Below, piece after piece: positions 62,330 through 64,000 of a DNA stretch of 64,000 nt. Origin of the DNA: Thermoplasmatales archaeon. GTDB lineage: Archaea > Thermoplasmatota > E2 > UBA202 > JdFR-43. The position numbers and the translations under genes are program-made. The notes under the pieces are model-generated. The model saw nothing but the letters and a program-made list of their open reading frames with translations. It made no database searches and was not told the origin of the DNA. The stretch spans positions 4,622 through 68,621 of the forward strand of contig JACIWB010000001.1 of assembly GCA_014361245.1 (NCBI GenBank), written 5' to 3'. The number at the start of each line of letters is the position of its first letter. Positions within the stretch are counted from its first letter, which is position 1.

Positions 62330-63406
62330 ATGAAAACACTGGTTCTTTGCATAGACAGGGACAACGACTTCGGTGAGAAGGCGGGCATAGCATCGCCAAT
62401 AATAGGCAGGAAAGCAAATCTGGAAGCAGCCCAGAAATTAGCTCTTAAAGACCCTGAGGATACAGATTCAAACTGCCTTTTTTCTGCCATCTCAACCTGT
62501 GAAAGCATAGAGAATGCAGAAATTGCAACAATATGCGGTGATAAAAGGGTGGGTGTTGTATCAGATTCAATTCTTGCAAAGCAGCTGGACGAAGTTCTGG
62601 AAAAAATAAAGCCTGATAAGGTAATTCTTGTTACAGATGGTGCAGAAGATGAATATATAATTCCTATAATAAGCTCCAGAGTAAAAATAGATTCCTTAAA
62701 GAGGGTTGTTGTTAAACAGAGCCAAACTATAGAAGGGACATATTATTTAATCACAAAACTAATGAAGGAGGAGAAATTGCAGAAGAAAATTATGCTACCT
62801 ATTGCCATAATCCTGCTTATCTGGGGATTTGCAATAATATTTGGCTCATTCTCTCTCGGCTTATCCTCTATTTTTATTGTTCTTGGGGCATACCTGCTTG
62901 TGAGGGTTTTACATATTGAAGAACCTATTGTAAGAGCTTTTAAGGAATTTGTTTTGGGCTTAAAAATAGGGAGAATGACTGTTTTTTCTACAATACTCTC
63001 TTTTTTTATAATAATTCTTGCTTTTGTATCAGAAGTAGAGTTGCTTAAAAATGCTAATTTAAAAACTTTAGAATATGTTATAAAATTTTTAAATGATACA
63101 ATATGGTGGATCATAATAGCAATTCTAAATATTGCTTTGGGAAGGTTCATAGATGTTTATTTTAAAGAGAGGAGAGTTTTATGGAGCTATTCAATAGTCC
63201 CCTTCTCACTTGTAGCATTTGGTTTAATTTTTTCTGCCTCACTTACAATTCTTCTTGAAATAATAAGAGAGAAATCAATACACTCAATATTCAGTGAATA
63301 TGTTCTATCAGTTCCATTTCTTGCAAAAATTACAGGTGGAATACTCGTTGCTTTTATCGGAAGCGTATTATATCACATACTTGAGGATATCTATGGAAAA
63401 GAATGA
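62330..63406 (+). CDS. DUF373-family archaeal integral membrane protein
   Basis: N-terminal soluble domain MKTLVLCIDRDNDFGEKAG...DTDSN followed by 6-7 TM helices; 358 aa. Confidence 0.55.
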   Translation: MKTLVLCIDRDNDFGEKAGIASPIIGRKANLEAAQKLALKDPEDTDSNCLFSAISTCESIENAEIATICGDKRVGVVSDSILAKQLDEVLEKIKPDKVILVTDGAEDEYIIPIISSRVKIDSLKRVVVKQSQTIEGTYYLITKLMKEEKLQKKIMLPIAIILLIWGFAIIFGSFSLGLSSIFIVLGAYLLVRVLHIEEPIVRAFKEFVLGLKIGRMTVFSTILSFFIIILAFVSEVELLKNANLKTLEYVIKFLNDTIWWIIIAILNIALGRFIDVYFKERRVLWSYSIVPFSLVAFGLIFSASLTILLEIIREKSIHSIFSEYVLSVPFLAKITGGILVAFIGSVLYHILEDIYGKE

Positions 63407-64000
63407 AATATTTTTCTATATTTTTATCATATTTGCACTATGGTTTATTCTCATTTATTCGTTAAAAAAAATTGGTAAAAAATACGGGCTTGAGGCATCC
63501 TTCCCACTGCTGATATGGAAAACTGAAAAGGGTAAAAATTTAATTGACAGAATATCAAAAAAAGTTGACTGGAAATATTATGGAAATTTATCAATTTTAA
63601 TCTGTTTTTTAGCGATGATAGCAACAACCTATCTTATTTTAAGGAATGCAATTCTTTCTTTTATCATCCCGCCAGCCATGGCGCCCTCCCCGAGGCTCAT
63701 GCTTGGGATACCGGGGGTAAATCCAATTATACCTGTTGGATATGGAGTGACGGCTCTTGCAATTGCAATAATAATACATGAATTTTCTCATGGGATACTT
63801 GCAAGATATGGGGGGCTGAAAATAAAGTCACTTGGGCTCATTTTCCTTATTTTCCCCATAGGAGCATTTGTTGAGCCGGATGAAGAGAGGTTGAAAAGAG
63901 TTAAAAAAATAAAGAGAAGCAGAGTTTTTGCTTCAGGACCAGCCTCAAATATAATTGTTGCAATAATATGTATATTATTGCTTTCATTTTTATCAATGAA
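63393..64000 (+). CDS. Site-2 protease (M50-family zinc metalloprotease), N-terminal part; runs off the window end
   Basis: Frame gives MEKNEIFFYIF...ALAIAIIIHEFSHGILARYGGLKIKSLGLIFLIFPIGAFVEPDEE with the HExxH zinc motif in a TM helix. Absent from the ORF track because there is no stop in the window. Confidence 0.7.
   Translation, partial: MEKNEIFFYIFIIFALWFILIYSLKKIGKKYGLEASFPLLIWKTEKGKNLIDRISKKVDWKYYGNLSILICFLAMIATTYLILRNAILSFIIPPAMAPSPRLMLGIPGVNPIIPVGYGVTALAIAIIIHEFSHGILARYGGLKIKSLGLIFLIFPIGAFVEPDEERLKRVKKIKRSRVFASGPASNIIVAIICILLLSFLSM

Overview
AT-rich (about one-third GC) archaeal chromosomal segment, with euryarchaeal hallmarks throughout. Calls come from reading the translated ORFs for family motifs; no database search was possible. 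Housekeeping genes: ribosomal proteins L24e (partial), S28e and L7Ae; FtsZ; aspartate carbamoyltransferase pyrB/pyrI; NAD synthesis nadA and nadX; PheRS beta, archaeal ThrRS and GlyRS; topoisomerase VI B and A; the HMG-CoA synthase/thiolase/DUF35 mevalonate-entry operon. These are interspersed with accessory material. (i) The conserved but functionally uncharacterised DUF134 / Trp-rich coiled-coil / NifX-like x2 / MinD-ferredoxin x2 / Mrp cluster (6.6-10.5 kb). (ii) A cell-surface island at 17.7-29.5 kb: an extracytoplasmic thioredoxin plus NapH-like polyferredoxin pair, two large secreted proteins carrying thioredoxin-fold CxxC modules and PKD domains, a 344-bp near-identical tandem gene duplication, several PGF-CTERM (archaeosortase-type) substrates, and a 715-aa repeat protein. 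(iii) A secreted serpin. (iv) Two decayed IS elements. (v) A 737-aa threefold-repeat surface protein. (vi) An orphan GAF-PAS histidine kinase. No rRNA, tRNA or CRISPR array was recognised. Most noteworthy: the apparent extracellular thiol-redox/surface-protein module; a membrane-domain fusion to a TYW3-like tRNA methyltransferase domain; and a roughly 30-nt motif encoding a Cys-containing mini-ORF (MGC..NQPI) that occurs upstream of ftsZ and again 22 kb away upstream of a PGF-CTERM membrane protein gene.
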